Shown here in pieces: positions 13,869 through 27,139 of a DNA stretch of 64,000 nt. The notes beneath the pieces were generated by a model that saw only the letters and a list, made by a program, of their open reading frames with translations, did not search any database and was not told where the DNA came from. The position numbers and the translations under genes were made by a program. This DNA comes from Eledone cirrhosa (taxonomy: Eukaryota). The DNA lies in the NCBI GenBank assembly GCA_964016885.1, contig OZ024742.1, positions 56,048,001-56,112,000 on the forward strand. Direction: 5' to 3'. Position 1 is the stretch's first letter; the number at the start of each line of letters is the position of its first letter.

Positions 13869-15525
13869 TAAAGCACGTGGGGCCCCATTTGCTCACAATA
13901 CAGAGAGATGGGAAGGGCGAGAGAGATGGAGGCGATAACAGTAGGAGTTCGGCTCTTCCGTGTTCGGACACATTGCACCTGTCATCTGTATCATGTGATA
14001 ACGAGAACAGTATGTGCAATAACAGCGGCAACAACAGCAGCAATACCAACAACAACAGAAGCAACAGCTGAGGTGGTTGGCCCGTAAAGCTGGTAGGAAA
14101 CGCCCAAGCGACCATATCTTTCGCGTGGGCGGCCAAAAGTCCAGAAAGAGTCTACGTTAGTCACAATGAGATGAGGGAGGCGAAGCCTTTGGTCAAAAAG
14201 GGAGTATATCGGGTCAACCTCACTTATCCACTCGATGACATGAAAAAATGACGTCTGTGTTCGGTCTCGTACCGTACAATTGCACACAAATCGGGACAGG
14301 TGGAACAGGTGACCGAGTCCAAAGGGCTATGGGTGCCGTCTGGATGCAAAATAATTACATAGCCTGGGGTACCAGCTCCCCCGACATCAACAAAATAAAC
14401 ACCATCTCCACCACCAACAGCCCCACAAAGGCCAGTGGAAAGTATGTCCCTTTCCGATATCACACAATCGGAGTGTGATGTCGCTGAAGGGTGGAAAATT
14501 TTCGGGGCGAGAAAAAAAAGAAAGTTCTCCCACCCTTCGCATCCTGAGGGCGAATCAAACAAAAGGGTGAAGATGTCAACGCCACCACCATCATAATTCT
14601 CAACAGCCTCACCGCCACAACCACCAACAACATCACCAGCACCAACTACACCACCACGACAATCATCATCAACCACACAGCGAACACAAAAACACAATCA
14701 CAAACGTAGACACAATACAATGCGATAGACACAAACAACAAAAAACTCCTAAAGTACATAAAAACATCATTAAAATCAGAGAAGCAAGTTACATACCAAC
14801 CCCCAAAACATATAAAAATAATTGAAATTTCCCAAAAGACATATACAATCTTAAAACAAAGTTCCCAAGGCAATTGGAGATAATCGAGGGTTTCTCGGGA
14901 ATAGAATATATACTGACATTCTCGTGTAGAAATCCACCACTGGCCGGAGGAGTGGATCACCCACCGTCTTTCCAAAAAGACAAAGGTATAGTTTTTTCCC
15001 TTTTCATTTGTTTTTCTCCTATCTTATCCAACATGGCTGCTCTTCTGATAGACAGTATATAATGCATGTGATCTGGGGTCGCCTTGGAAGCAAAGCTACA
15101 TGCTCAACAATCACAGGTCACTGAACATAGATGTGGTGGCCATCAGCGAGACAAGAATCGTTGAGGCACGGGCATTCGCACCTATTTTCGGTGCGTCTCC
15201 GAGGTGAACGCATCTCCAAGTCATCCGGGAATGGGGTCGCTGTGGCAGTGTTGTTCTGGAGAGGTCGTGATCTCGAGATATGAAACATTGTCTTGGGTCC
15301 AGATGGTAAGTTGGTAGTGCTGGACGTGACCAGCGGAGAGGAGCATCTTTCAGTCTAGTGGCCGTCTACGCCCCGACAGGGGCATGACGACTTTACTTAT
15401 TCCGGCGCCTCGAGACTTTTCCCGGAACGTCATGCTCTTTAATGTTAGTGGACGACTGGAACGGGATCCTGGATGAACGCTGAGACTGGGTAGGAGTAGT
15501 GGATAAGGGGAGGAGGGTGTGCATC
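13400..15525 (+). mobile_element. Second, older Tx1-like copy (degenerate low-complexity ORF1 + APE from ~15033), interrupted by a CRE fragment
   Basis: 15240-15510 aligns by eye with 12150-12400 (gtggcagtg..gatctcgag..aagttggtagtgctggacgtga..gtggccgtctacgcc); DVVAISET motif at ~15130. Confidence 0.6.
13722..13975 (+). mobile_element. CRE-like 3' fragment (second copy)
   Basis: gaatggctcttccagcgc...ccccatttgctcacaatacagagagatgg...gggagttcggct-like sequence shared with 3940-4105. Confidence 0.7.
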
Positions 15526-15529
15526 TGGT

Positions 15530-15960
15530 AGAACTTCATTTTCTTTAAGATGCCCATACATTGATTCTGCGATTATCCTAGTCAATAATTTCTACATAAT
15601 TGATAGACATGTTATCGATCTGTTGTTGACTAGCGCATTGCCTTTAGTGATATGTTAAGCACAAAACTGCCCTCCGTTTCTCAGCCACTCCTGTATAATT
15701 TGATCAATATTTAGCAATGTGTTGAGTTGTTCAGTTATTCATTCATGGCATTGATCTCTTAGCCTTGAACTCCATCTAGTCCCGGAGACTTCCAGTTGCT
15801 TATCTTGTTCTTAGCTGAAAGGATTAGTTATGCTTGTTTTGGGCAAACTCTTATTTATTTAGGTTCTTCTAACCATTCAGCGTCTTTCTTGTGCCCCTTC
15901 ACTTTAATCCAAATATCGCTCCAAAATGTTTATTTTCTTTGTTATCCGGTATAATCAATG
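15530..15960 (-). mobile_element. Degenerate R4/Dong-like RT fragment
   Basis: Minus-strand translation NWKSPGLDGVQG ... RSITCLS ... KLLTRIIAESMYGHLKE with stops. Confidence 0.6.
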
Positions 15961-15974
15961 GATAACATTGAAAG

Positions 15975-16381
15975 TCAAACGTTATCGGTAGAGCGTCAGA
16001 CACGATGCTTTGTAACATAAAGTTATGGCCCTTTATGTTCTGAGTTCAAATCCCACCAAGGTTAACTTTGCCTTTAATCTTTACGGAGTCGATAAAATAA
16101 AGCACCAGTAACGTACAGGGGTCAATTTAATCGACGCCCCCCAAATTTCTAGAAATCATTATTATTTTTTTTTTAGGGCGGTGGATTGACCGTATCGTTA
16201 GATGCTTTGTCGCATAGAGTTACGGCCCATTACGTTCTGAGATCAAATCCCGCCGAGGTTAGCTTTGGTTTTCATCCTTTCGGGGTTGATAAAATAAAGC
16301 ACTAGTAGTGTACTGGGGACGATTTAATTGACTTTCCCCTCGCCTTCAAATTGTTGGCCTTGTACCTAATGTAGAAACAAT
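15975..16381 (+). mobile_element. Two tandem Nin/Deu-domain SINE copies (~15975-16152 and 16176-16381)
   Basis: B-box gagttcaaatccc, core ctttgcctttcatccttt/acggggtcgataaaataaag..ccag, tail ggccttgt..aaacaattattatt. Confidence 0.85.
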
Positions 16382-18949
16382 TATTATTATTGTTGTTATT
16401 GTTATTGTCATTTAAAAATTATTAGCATCATTTCATTCTTATACAATTTTTTTTTTCATTCTTTCCTCCTTACTTAGGTGACCATTTACAGTAAGTAGAG
16501 CGAGAGAAGAAATTCTTCGTAACAGTGATATAATGCTAATGATAATTTTTTTTCAATATTCTATACAAGCTACAATAGTGAATAGTGGTTTCTCGTATCC
16601 TGAATTATATATTTGCGTACCACACCCGTTTATACTCTCATACTCCCGTCTTCCATAACATACATTTTATCACATCCCATACGGAATCGGTTTTCCACTC
16701 AGAAAAGTCTACCTACATAAATATGATCGGCACTTGGGTTTGTTTGTTTCGTATTTACTTTTCCTTCGCGGACTTCTAGCTAGAATGACTCATTATGAGT
16801 ATTAACTGCCTTGAAAGGGCAATCTAAAGGTTATTTCCTTACGGACCTCTGCAAACTTCTAATGAACAGGATTCTACTGGAACATTTGTAATACTATTGC
16901 ATTGTTTATATACTTGTATAAAGAAGTTTCCTCATGAGTTTTCTATATAAATATTTTCCTTATCATATTCCGATATTGTTACAGCTTCATTTTGTATTTT
17001 ATAGCTAGAGTGTCAGTGAAATATTGATGGTTCAATATAATGGCGCTTCTGTTGATGCAGTTGCATTCTCGTGTTTGGCTTTAAAGTAAGCATTAGGTGT
17101 TCATTAAGACTTATTTCAACTATTATCAATCAAACTATTAATAAATGCTATACACGTATAATTAACGCTGTGGCTGTAAAGACTTCTTAATATGTGTTTT
17201 GCCTGTGCTAAGATATTTTTTGAAAACAGTTGTGATCAGTGATACGCCAAGTCATATACTGGTCGTGAATCTGTTCATATTTCCTTTCTTAAATGTTATG
17301 ATTTGGTGTGTTGATCATTCTCTTATAAAACCCACTTTTTCCAGTACACCAATACAATAGAGTAACTTTTTCCAGCAGGACTTTATTTTTGAAGGATGGT
17401 ATTACAGTAAAGTCACATATTAATATTTATGTGAATATAATCTTACGATTGGAATACCGCTTAAATTTAGGTGACATTCCTATGAGGAAATTAGCTCATG
17501 TTGTAATTAATTTTACAACAATGTTTCCATACTCGCCGTCAATATCAAGATAGAATTAACAGTATTTGGTTTCAACGTGTTATTTAGGTTCTTTGTAAAT
17601 TGTCTCTTGATGTGCTATTTTTTTACAACTGTGTATATAATTTACTGAAACTGTTTCTGACAATGTCCAGAGAGAATACAAACAACAAGTTATACATCAC
17701 AACTGAATGGTAGCAACTCATACTGATACACTGTTTATCGACCATAAATTTATTTTACTTCTACACTCATTGACATGTATATTTATATTGTTGTGTTCAT
17801 ATATGCATATATATCTATATATATATATATCAATAATACTTGTTTGTGGAAGTGAGGTATGTAACAAGTTTATTTAAAGAAACAAATATATAGATTTAAG
17901 GAAGAAAGGTTAATGGTTCGTTTGGTACAAACACAGGCATCATAGTAAATAAGAAGATGCTGTTTTGTTTTAAATAAATTAGATTACTTTGTGCATGAAC
18001 ATCCTATTATGCACTCTGTTCACTGATTAAAAACATCGCTTCCCTGTTTCTTATCTTGATTCTATTAAACTTGTCCCTTCGGCAAGATTTAGGAGACGCT
18101 GTAGCTTCATAAGACGGCGGATTATGAGAGTTCTGAGGGTATGGGATTAAATGTCTTGAGATTTCTTCCGAATCACGATGATCGGAGTTGAAATCCCGCT
18201 CAAGTATATAATGCTCTTCATCAATTTGAGGGAAATAAATACACTGCACTTGCCATACTGGGGTTGATGATTCATCCATCTTTCTTTAACACTTTCTTTC
18301 ATTTTCTCGCTTATTGTCTAGAAGTCGAGTGTGTTCACACATGTCGATGTATGAGCCCCGCCAGGTTTGGAATGCGGTGTGCCAGGAGAGGGCTCCTACA
18401 GCTCGATCAAATTTTACTTATTATCCATCGGCTACGCGTTTTCGAGTAGACAGATCTGACTAGAAATACAGCCGTGTCTGATGCGTAATACATAGAGGTC
18501 AAAGCCCCTACCACCACCACCACAACAAAAACAACTCAACTAACCACTTCTCGCTGCGACCACGCTTGAGCTAAACACCAAACAATGACCGTTATTTTTA
18601 CCCTAAACCTTCCAGCATTACTGCTGTACTTCAAATGCTCTCCCTTTTCTTTCCACCACAGCCATCAATATTCTTCATCATAACGAGTATGGTATCATAG
18701 AGAGTAAGTAACGCAGCACCTCCTCTTGTTATTATTATCAAAAGTGATTTGTATATGTAATATTCTCTATTTGTGCTTGTCTTCCGCTCCACATCAGAAA
18801 AGCATTCTTATGTATATATAAATGTGTGTGTGTGGGGGCGTTTGCGCGCGCAGAAAATGAAAGAACCAGAGAAAATTACCTTCAAAATATGTATTGGTTC
18901 CTGTATTTCGGATGTACAATCTATTGGCTAGGGAATAAGTGTACTGCGT

Positions 18950-19420
18950 CAAGTCTGAAGGACTACTTGTATTTCTTGCGGGTGTCATGGTCTAAATGGT
19001 AGAATCGTTTACTGACCTCTTCCGATCAGTCTATGTCACCCGCGAAGAAAGCTGGCATTGGTTATAGAATCCTGGATAGAAGTTATGGTAGATTATAAAG
19101 TGTCCCTTCCACACGAGAAACCGGCCCTTGTTTCTGGGCCCTGACGAGGTGGCAAGTTCTATATAAACTAGAATGTGACAAGCGCAAAAATGACTACATC
19201 GGCAGCACATTTCGACTGCTGCACATAGTTAAGGAACATGCCACTTCTAACTCTTCATCATTTCGGAAAGACATAATCAGCTACAGAACAAAAGACAAGA
19301 GAATTACGGTCTCGATACTAGATACGCAACATAGTCACCACGGGAATCAAGGAATCACTTTTGATATAGGAAATGCACCCGCACATAATCAACAAACTGT
19401 AGAGTAGCAAGGTGCAATGT
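18950..19420 (+). mobile_element. Old degenerate Penelope-like GIY-YIG fragment
   Basis: ~19155-19240 translates VLYKLECDKRKNDYIGSTFRLLHIVKEH (GIY-YIG pattern xY..C....YIGST.R....EH). Confidence 0.6.
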
Positions 19421-20611
19421 CTCATTTGAGTTGTCACCGTAATACATATATGACACGAAAGACGAAGTTAGTAAATAAATAAATGAACAAACAAGGCCAA
19501 GTGAGGACCACACAACAACGAAAATGTCGAACAATCAAGCAGCCAAAGAATCTACACCACAATGCGACATACCAACTACAACTATGCACCTGCTGGTTGG
19601 AAACTGTTTACCATTCCTTGTCGACACCGCACACATGAATGTCAGGCGAGTGAAGCTTTCAGTCAGTTCTAATTCAAAAGAGAGCGAATGGCCCTCTCCG
19701 ACAATTGCCGATGTTTCCTACGGATACGACTGACAATAGATAGTATATCCAAAACATAGGGACCAATAAATATAAATATTACCAAGATAAAAAATATCGT
19801 TGGTTCTTTCTTTTTCTTTTCTCTTCGTTTTCTTCCCTCAACCTCATTTCACTGTTTCTTCACTCGAGTTTGTTGCCTGAATGTTTATATACAAGTCAAT
19901 TTGGTATTTATTGCTTGGAACCAAATTTATCATACCAAGTAAAGATTTTATAAAATATTTCTTTAGATATTACATTGGTTATAGCGAATTATATTGCAGC
20001 GTTGGAAGAAATAAAGAAACTAGGTATTAAATTAATAGTGCAACGTACCCATAGATATAGTGTCTAAGTACATGAATCTCTTTTGATTCTGATCAGTATT
20101 ACTATATACGTATGGAATATGTTATTGTATCAATTATTTTCGAAGAAACCTGCAGAATTTTAAGTATGATAGAATATATCAATATTATAATCACGTATTA
20201 TACTTAAATGAAAGCAAATTTTCTTCATTTAATAATGTATTATCAAATAATCAAATCCAACTGAATTACAGAAACAGAATACACAAAAACGCATTTCATG
20301 TGTGAATGTATCAGTCAACCTTTAAATTTTATATATTTGTTTCCCATTCATTTCCTTTTTTCGCCACGAATCTTTTCCGAACCTATATTTCTGATACAAA
20401 AAATTTATATGCATAATATTTAATGAGATTTTTTTCATTAAATTGCATTTACGATATACACATTTTTATGTATCGATTTCTTTGACATACATTAAATACT
20501 AAGGAGTGTTAGGCAGTGGTATTTTATGAATACTAAAATGTCCAACTTTCTACGATTTGTTCAAAATTCAAATACTGGTGATATTAGATATCACTATCAG
20601 CCATAACGTAC

Positions 20612-20720
20612 AAATAATTGTTTCTACTTTAGGCACAAGGCCAGCAATTACCCAGTGCATTACTGGTACTTTATTTTATCGACCCCGTAAGGATGAAAGG
20701 CAAAGTCAACCTCGGCGGGA
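20612..20720 (-). mobile_element. Nin/Deu-domain SINE, 5'-truncated
   Basis: aattgtttctactttaggcacaaggccagc..tttatcgaccccgtaaggatgaaaggcaaagtcaacctcggcggga. Confidence 0.88.
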
Positions 20721-20827
20721 TATGTGTTGAATATAGAAAAGAACGAGATATATGTTGGTGTTTAATATAGGACAGTGCAAGATATGTTGGTGCTTAATAT
20801 AGAATATAACTCGAAATGTTGGTCACC

Positions 20828-20862
<35 letters not shown>

Positions 20863-20871
20863 CATATATAT

Positions 20872-20929
<58 letters not shown>

Positions 20930-21677
20930 CTGTGTGTGTGTGTGTGTGTATAACAAAGAAAGTGTGATAAGAAACCAGGTTGACCATAACGCACCGGAGT
21001 ACTCGATTCGTAAGGTAGTAGAGTGGGTAATAGGAAAGGGGTGTATGTACTTATGTACTACTATACTGCTATACTGCGTATAACCCCCCCCCCATCCCAT
21101 ATATATATATATACGGGGGTGGGTTATACGCAGTATAGTAGTACATACGTACATACACCTCTTTCCTAAATAACCATAGATAGAGTATGATCTAGAGAAC
21201 ATACATATGTTATATATAAATGGTGACGGAGATTGTGGTACTGAGTAAAATGAAATAGTTCTTCCTTCCAATCGGAGCCTTTTGCATTAATAATTGTGAG
21301 AGAAAGGTGTGATGCCAGGTGACAGCATGACAATGATTTGCTACAGGATGGCACATTGATCTCTCTAACTATCTCAGATTTATCTCAGTAACTATCAGTA
21401 TTCCTGCTTGGTTCACCTCACGCAATACCGAAGGAGTCTATATTGTATTTTAAGCTATGGTAGTTTATTCTGTTGGAGGGTTTCTCATGGAGTATAGCCA
21501 TGTCATGTCAGTGAAAGGGTAGTTAGAAATGTGAAGCCCCTTCAACGTAACTTCTCACAACCAATTTTATACACAATGTGAAATACATTCGTAAGTCCTG
21601 CTTCTGAAGACGAGCACAACTATTTGCAGTAATGAGCACTCCTGTAATACTACCAGGGCTATGAGATACAATTTTCT

Positions 21678-21803
21678 TTGAATCAATAATTGTTTCTACT
21701 TTTGGCACAAGGCCAGCAATCATCCCAGTGAATAAAGTACCAGTAATACACTGGGATAATTGCTGGCCTTGTGCCAAAAGTAGAAACAATTATATTGAAT
21801 CAC
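21678..21803. mobile_element. Inverted (fold-back) SINE tail insertion with apparent TSD ttgaatca
   Basis: Two ~45-bp SINE 3' ends in opposite orientation around an 18-bp spacer; ttgaatca on both sides. Confidence 0.75.
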
Positions 21804-22771
21804 CATTGATATTTTTATTGATGCCAAACAATACTAAAAACGAACAAATCGTCAAATTAGACAATAGGAATCAATATTTCCGTTCGTCTTACCTTTGCTG
21901 GTTCCAACGCCTAAGAAAATATGGCGTGATTTCAACCCCACACATTCAGAGCCGTCTCAAATATTGAAACATTTAATCCACATGCTATAGACTCTGCCAG
22001 TTCACCGTGTTAACAAAATACTAATGTTGTGTCAACGATATGATGCCAGTTTAACTGTGGAACAATTTAAAATGACACTTTTAATTCGTTTTCTAATGTT
22101 GCTTCATTAATTAAATCCCTAACCTGTCTCGATAGCTATGTATATAAGAGATAAATTAATCGATGTATATGATGAGTAATCTTTGTAGGGGACGATATTG
22201 ATCTGGGTATCACTTGTCATCTAAGCATTTGTCCATTACATGGTAATGTCACTTTTCATTTGTATTACTTTCTTTCTTTATGGTTAATCTATCTTTGTTG
22301 TGGATGCAAACAGAACACACACACACGAAATTATAATAAATATAACATATTGTAACCTTCATTTCACCTGTCTAATCTATGTATCAATTAGATGACAACA
22401 AAGCTTTCATTCCTACAGCATAGACATTGATGAATTGTGTATATTGAAATATGATTAATATTTTACCGTAAATACATGAAGATTCTACGAGATGTTCTCG
22501 AACAATATTCACCTTTCGAATGATTAATGTGTGAAGATGAATATGCAACGAAATTTAACTACAATCTAGATATAATGTGCCATGGTTGAATATAACTTAA
22601 TGAAAGTAAAATGGAGTTTATATATTAATAACAATATTGGTTGGAAGAAAAAATTGTACAAAGCAATCTATTTTTAAGAGCAAGATTAAGAAGTATCCAT
22701 TCGAAATTTCATGGAAAATGACTCGGTAGATTTTAAATAATATATATATTTATATATATATATATAATGAT

Positions 22772-22965
22772 AATAATTGTTTCTACTTTTTGGCACAAGG
22801 CCAGCAATAACCCAGTACATTACTGGTACTTTATTTTATCGACCCCGTAAGGATTAAAGGCAAAGTTAACCTCGGCGGGATTTGAACTCAGAATGGCAAG
22901 GGCCGTAACTATATGTGTCAAAGCATGGCGTCCGACCCTCTACCGATACTGCCAATCCACCGCCC
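22772..22965 (-). mobile_element. Nin/Deu-domain SINE, full length
   Basis: Minus strand starts gggcggtggattggcagtatcggtagag (A-box), has gagttcaaatccc (B-box), core and tail. Confidence 0.9.
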
Positions 22966-23489
22966 TTTATATAATGATAATAATAATAATAAATAGGGAA
23001 CTAAGAATCACTATTGCATCATATACTTATTTAATTCGATGTATCATATGTTTGATCAGCTCGAAGAACGATCGAATTATGTTCGTTCCTGATTCTATAA
23101 TCGGAAGCTCCTCAGATATGTGTTCTCACACCTAGACTCACGTCCAGATATAATGTAATTGAGGTGCCTTGTATATATTTGCATAAACATTCTACATCTC
23201 TTTATATAAATATGACATATTAAATATACATAGTCTAATCCCAACAAATTGATGGTGTTTTATTGTAGATTTGTTTGTTTTGAGTTACACACTGAATTTA
23301 ATATTGATGTCTTCGTGACTATATTGGTGAAAAACCCTTAATTTGCCTAAGAATTTAACATAGAATTTATTGTATTACACATAGTATTTTTAATCATATG
23401 TCGTATATAGTGCTTATGTTGGCAGAAAATAGACTGCCTAAAGCTTGGCACGCATCCATTCCACAAAAGACGAGGTCAGCGTGGGCGTA

Positions 23490-25110
23490 CACAGGGCTCG
23501 ATAGCCAGGCGTTAATAGATGATAATAGTAGTTGACCGATATTTCATGTATAGCTTCTTCTCGGTCCATTTCTTTGTGAGAAAGGCCACCCTGCTCGTTA
23601 CATTATCCCAGCTTTGGTCTATTTGGATGTGTGGACCATATCAAAATCAGCAATTTAACCTATACGCCCGTTTAATTATCGTTTTTATTACCGTTTCGTA
23701 CTCCCTGAGAGCAGTGACGATCATCTCCCTGGGTTTGCTGTTCGACACTACACTGGTGACTTCATGGCTATATGTTTGCACATATATTCCACATCCTAGT
23801 TCGTGAGGTCCATCTACGTCCTAAATTTGAGCTGTAGTGGATCGAAAGTCAATACATACAATAGGGACGATAGAGGACACTCTTCGTGGACCAAGCGCAC
23901 AAATTTGAACTGTTCCGATAAGTGACCGTTCAATCTGACCACTGCGAAGATATCGTTGTGCATTGTAGCGATCGAGTAACTGCAAACGTGTCCCAAGCCC
24001 GCTGCATTGAGGACTGCCTCTAGATACTGATAGTCAACCCTATCGAAAGCTACCGATTTATCTAAGTTGATCAAAGCACCACTCGCTCTATGATGGATAG
24101 CATGAGGTCAAGGTTGTCATAGTTGCATTTGTTCAGGATGGCACATGTTTGCTCCTCTACCGACAACAAGGGACAACCTTATCGCTAACACCTAACTTTA
24201 AATTATGGACGAAATTTATTGATATAGTTCCTCTTTTACAACCAGTCCACGGCTTTCGGAACTTACATTTGTCCTGTTATACTGCTAGTTGCAGTCGGCA
24301 TCTGCCAAAAGGTCACCGAACAAATCTGGCATGTAACGGTAAACCTCATAGAGCAGACCATCCAAACCAGGTGATTCACCCGTCATCCAGCTAGTCATCG
24401 CCTCTTGTATCTCATCTGCAGTTATTGGCTTTTTGCAACACGCTGCCTCCGAGGCCGAGAGCTGAAGCACGCCATCGAGGTAGGCACTGAAATCGATCCT
24501 GTGATCCAGCCCACCACTGCTCTCAAACGTTTGAACGAAGTGTTGATGAAAGGCCGTACACATCCACTTGTGGTCTGCGAAAAACCGTCGTATGTTTTTG
24601 TCACACAACGCCTCCGACATTTCGCCCTCTTCTTTCCAGGAGCACGCGAAGAAGCTCTGACAACGCAGCCTTCTTTCTTTGTATATAAGTATTCGTTCAA
24701 CTTTTTTCGCCACATGCATGTATGCTGCTTAGCGTTTTCTAAATTCCACATCTAGCTTTTTAAATAGTTTCCCCCTTGTCTAGCGGAAAGTAGAGGGCTT
24801 CCGGCAACATTCCAGATGCCAGACGCCCAGTCTCGGTTTGCTTTTGACCCAGGACTGCAGCTCAGTCAAAAGACGAGTTGCGGATAGGCCTGTCTCATAA
24901 ACGGCAACGACACCTGTTCATTGTTTAAGAATATTTATTGCTTAAGATGCCGAAACCTCAGCGCATTTTTTGTGCATAATCAACCACGGCATGCCCCTCA
25001 CTCCGCATAGAGGGCACTGGTACCAGATGGACTGCCACACCACTGGAACCTGTCCCTTCCGTAAACAGTTGAAGAATACATGTTCCAATTTGGTGAGGTG
25101 CACATGTTAA
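23490..25110 (-). mobile_element. Degenerate Tx1-like ORF2 fragments
   Basis: INLDKSVAFDRVDYQYLEAVL, ESPGLDGLLYEVY; 24780-25110 matches 850-1150 of the first Tx1 copy; 23490-23800 matches its 490-840 region. Confidence 0.8.
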
Positions 25111-25134
25111 TTTTGTGTGTTATTTACAATTGTA

Positions 25135-25300
25135 ACATTGTCATCTAGGTTGGGTGCATTTGAAAACGTGACCTTTACGGTGTACTTTTTGGAAAGAGTT
25201 TAGCATTTATGTGAGGAGTGAAAGACTTGTCTAGAGCCATAAAGAAAATGCCTGGCATGTTGATCCCAATATGTCTAGAATAAGGTACATTGCACCATGC
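25135..25300 (-). mobile_element. Old Naiad-like PLE fragment
   Basis: Translates approximately INMPGIFFMALDKSF...TVKVTFSNAPNL, cf. TNLPSKFFRLVKKHF...TIRLSYSTAPNI in the 57215 ORF. Confidence 0.5.
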
Positions 25301-25345
25301 CACGTGCCTTCTACGATTCCTGGAATATATATTGTGGTTATTATT

Positions 25346-25532
25346 GCGGTGAATTGGCAGTATCGGTAGAGGGTTGGATTATGCTTTCCAGCATAGTTAC
25401 GTCCCTTTACGATCTGAGTTCAATTCCCGCCGAGGTTAACTTTGCCTTTCATCCTTACGGGGTCGATAAAATAAAGTACCAGTAATGTACTGGGATAATT
25501 GCTGGCCTTGTGCTAAAAAGTAGAAACAATTA
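25346..25532 (+). mobile_element. Nin/Deu-domain SINE
   Basis: gcggtgaattggcagtatcggtagag...tttcatccttacggggtcgataaaataaagtaccag...agaaacaattatt. Confidence 0.9.
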
Positions 25533-27033
25533 TTACCTGAACTATTATTCCCGGTGTTACTATTAGGATTAGTATTGCAGTTTACATTACTACTGTAGGT
25601 ATTGCTGGCGTCACAAATATTATTGTCATCGCTATTGTATTTTCTTTCGTTTTGTTTATCTCCAGTGTTTTGGTTTAGTATCGTAGCAATATCTCTTTTA
25701 CTAATTCCGACACTTTTATCCCTGATAAAACAGTCACCATTGTCATGTCTTCCTGGTTCGTTAATTGTCCTACGCCAGTGGATTTTATCATTCTGTCTAT
25801 ATCGGTATTGTAACAATCTAGGTTGTAAATTGAGGGTTTATCGTTGTTCCGACATCCTCTGTTGATAATGTGAAAGATTATATTAGACTTATTACTAATG
25901 AGATTACTATGGTCATCACTACCAGTGTTATTATTATTTCTAGACTATTAGCATAATCATTATTGCTATTCGTATTCTTATTTTTATCGTCATAGCATCC
26001 GCTCCAGTCTTAATTGACCAATGTGTCTGTTTGTATGCTTGTATGTTCGGTGTGAACGCCCATGCTTAGCTTAGGTTCATTGTTAGCTTCAGCCCCAGAG
26101 CTTCTATTATTTGTATTAGCGTTTCCTGAGTCGGACTTGGCTCCCTTATAGTTTTGACGATTGAGGGCTCTACGCTTCGCATCTCGGTGCATAACATTAT
26201 CACTATCACCATGATTACTGCTACTGTTGTTAGTGCTACTACTACATCAAACCTCCTATGGTTATACCTGCTGGTATTGCGACAATAATTGATATTACTA
26301 CTGCGAAAGCTGCAGGAGTCGTGGTATTTATTCCTCCCGTTAAATTCATTACTAATGTGCTTATTCCAAGTTTTAGTCATCTCATCAGTATTATTGCAAT
26401 TACTGTCGTCCACTGGGTTAGATAATTTCGCAACTACTCATACACTTAGCCTTGTGGATAGTGTACGGTGCATCAGCGTATGACTTGTCAGTACTGTTAT
26501 GTGGTATGTGTTGGTTTTAGAACTAATATTGTTTACATTGACGTACTTACTATGCAGACTAATATGAACTGACTATATGTTGGAATTGTGATAGTTCCCC
26601 TGCTTTCCTAACTTATCATAGTTATTACCGTTATAGTCATGTACGTCTACATAGATTAGATTTCACTCTCCACACTCCATGATGGATTTAGAGATAGTAT
26701 ATCACCTAGGACTGCTTCGGTGTGTTGTTTCGTCGTTAATTTGATGTATTGAAACTTCGCAACGGTGCCTGCTCTGGTGAGAGCAGAATTGTTGTCTTCC
26801 GCATGTTGATTAAATTATCTTCATTCACGAATAGTGTAAATGCTCTGATGGAATAATTTTTTCGTACAGATTTTCCCCTGCATGTCATTATTCATACGTT
26901 TCATAGTCTTTCGATTCAAGTATCAAGTCCGTTGATATGTATATATATATATAAAAGCATGTGTTTGCCTATATATATAGTGAAAGAGTGAAGAATAACA
27001 TGCTCAACATTACAAAAAGGGTTTTATTTACAG

Positions 27034-27139
27034 TATTAATAATTGTTTCATTGATTAGGGTGTCTAAAGATTGCTAATCACTTGAATTTGTGTCACTCAA
27101 TCTTAAATACAATGTATGCCTAATCAAATCATCAGAATA
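27034..27139 (-). ncRNA. Type-I hammerhead ribozyme with long stem-II insertion
   Basis: tatt-CTGATGA-t-ttgattagg..(~57 nt)..cctaatcaa-t-GAAAC-aatt-ATT-aata; stem I 4 bp, stem II 9 bp; stem III has a C.A mismatch. Confidence 0.65.

Noticed and set aside
19138-19160. CTGACGAG hammerhead-like core
   Set aside because: Lies within degenerate GIY-YIG coding sequence with no matching stem II or GAAA
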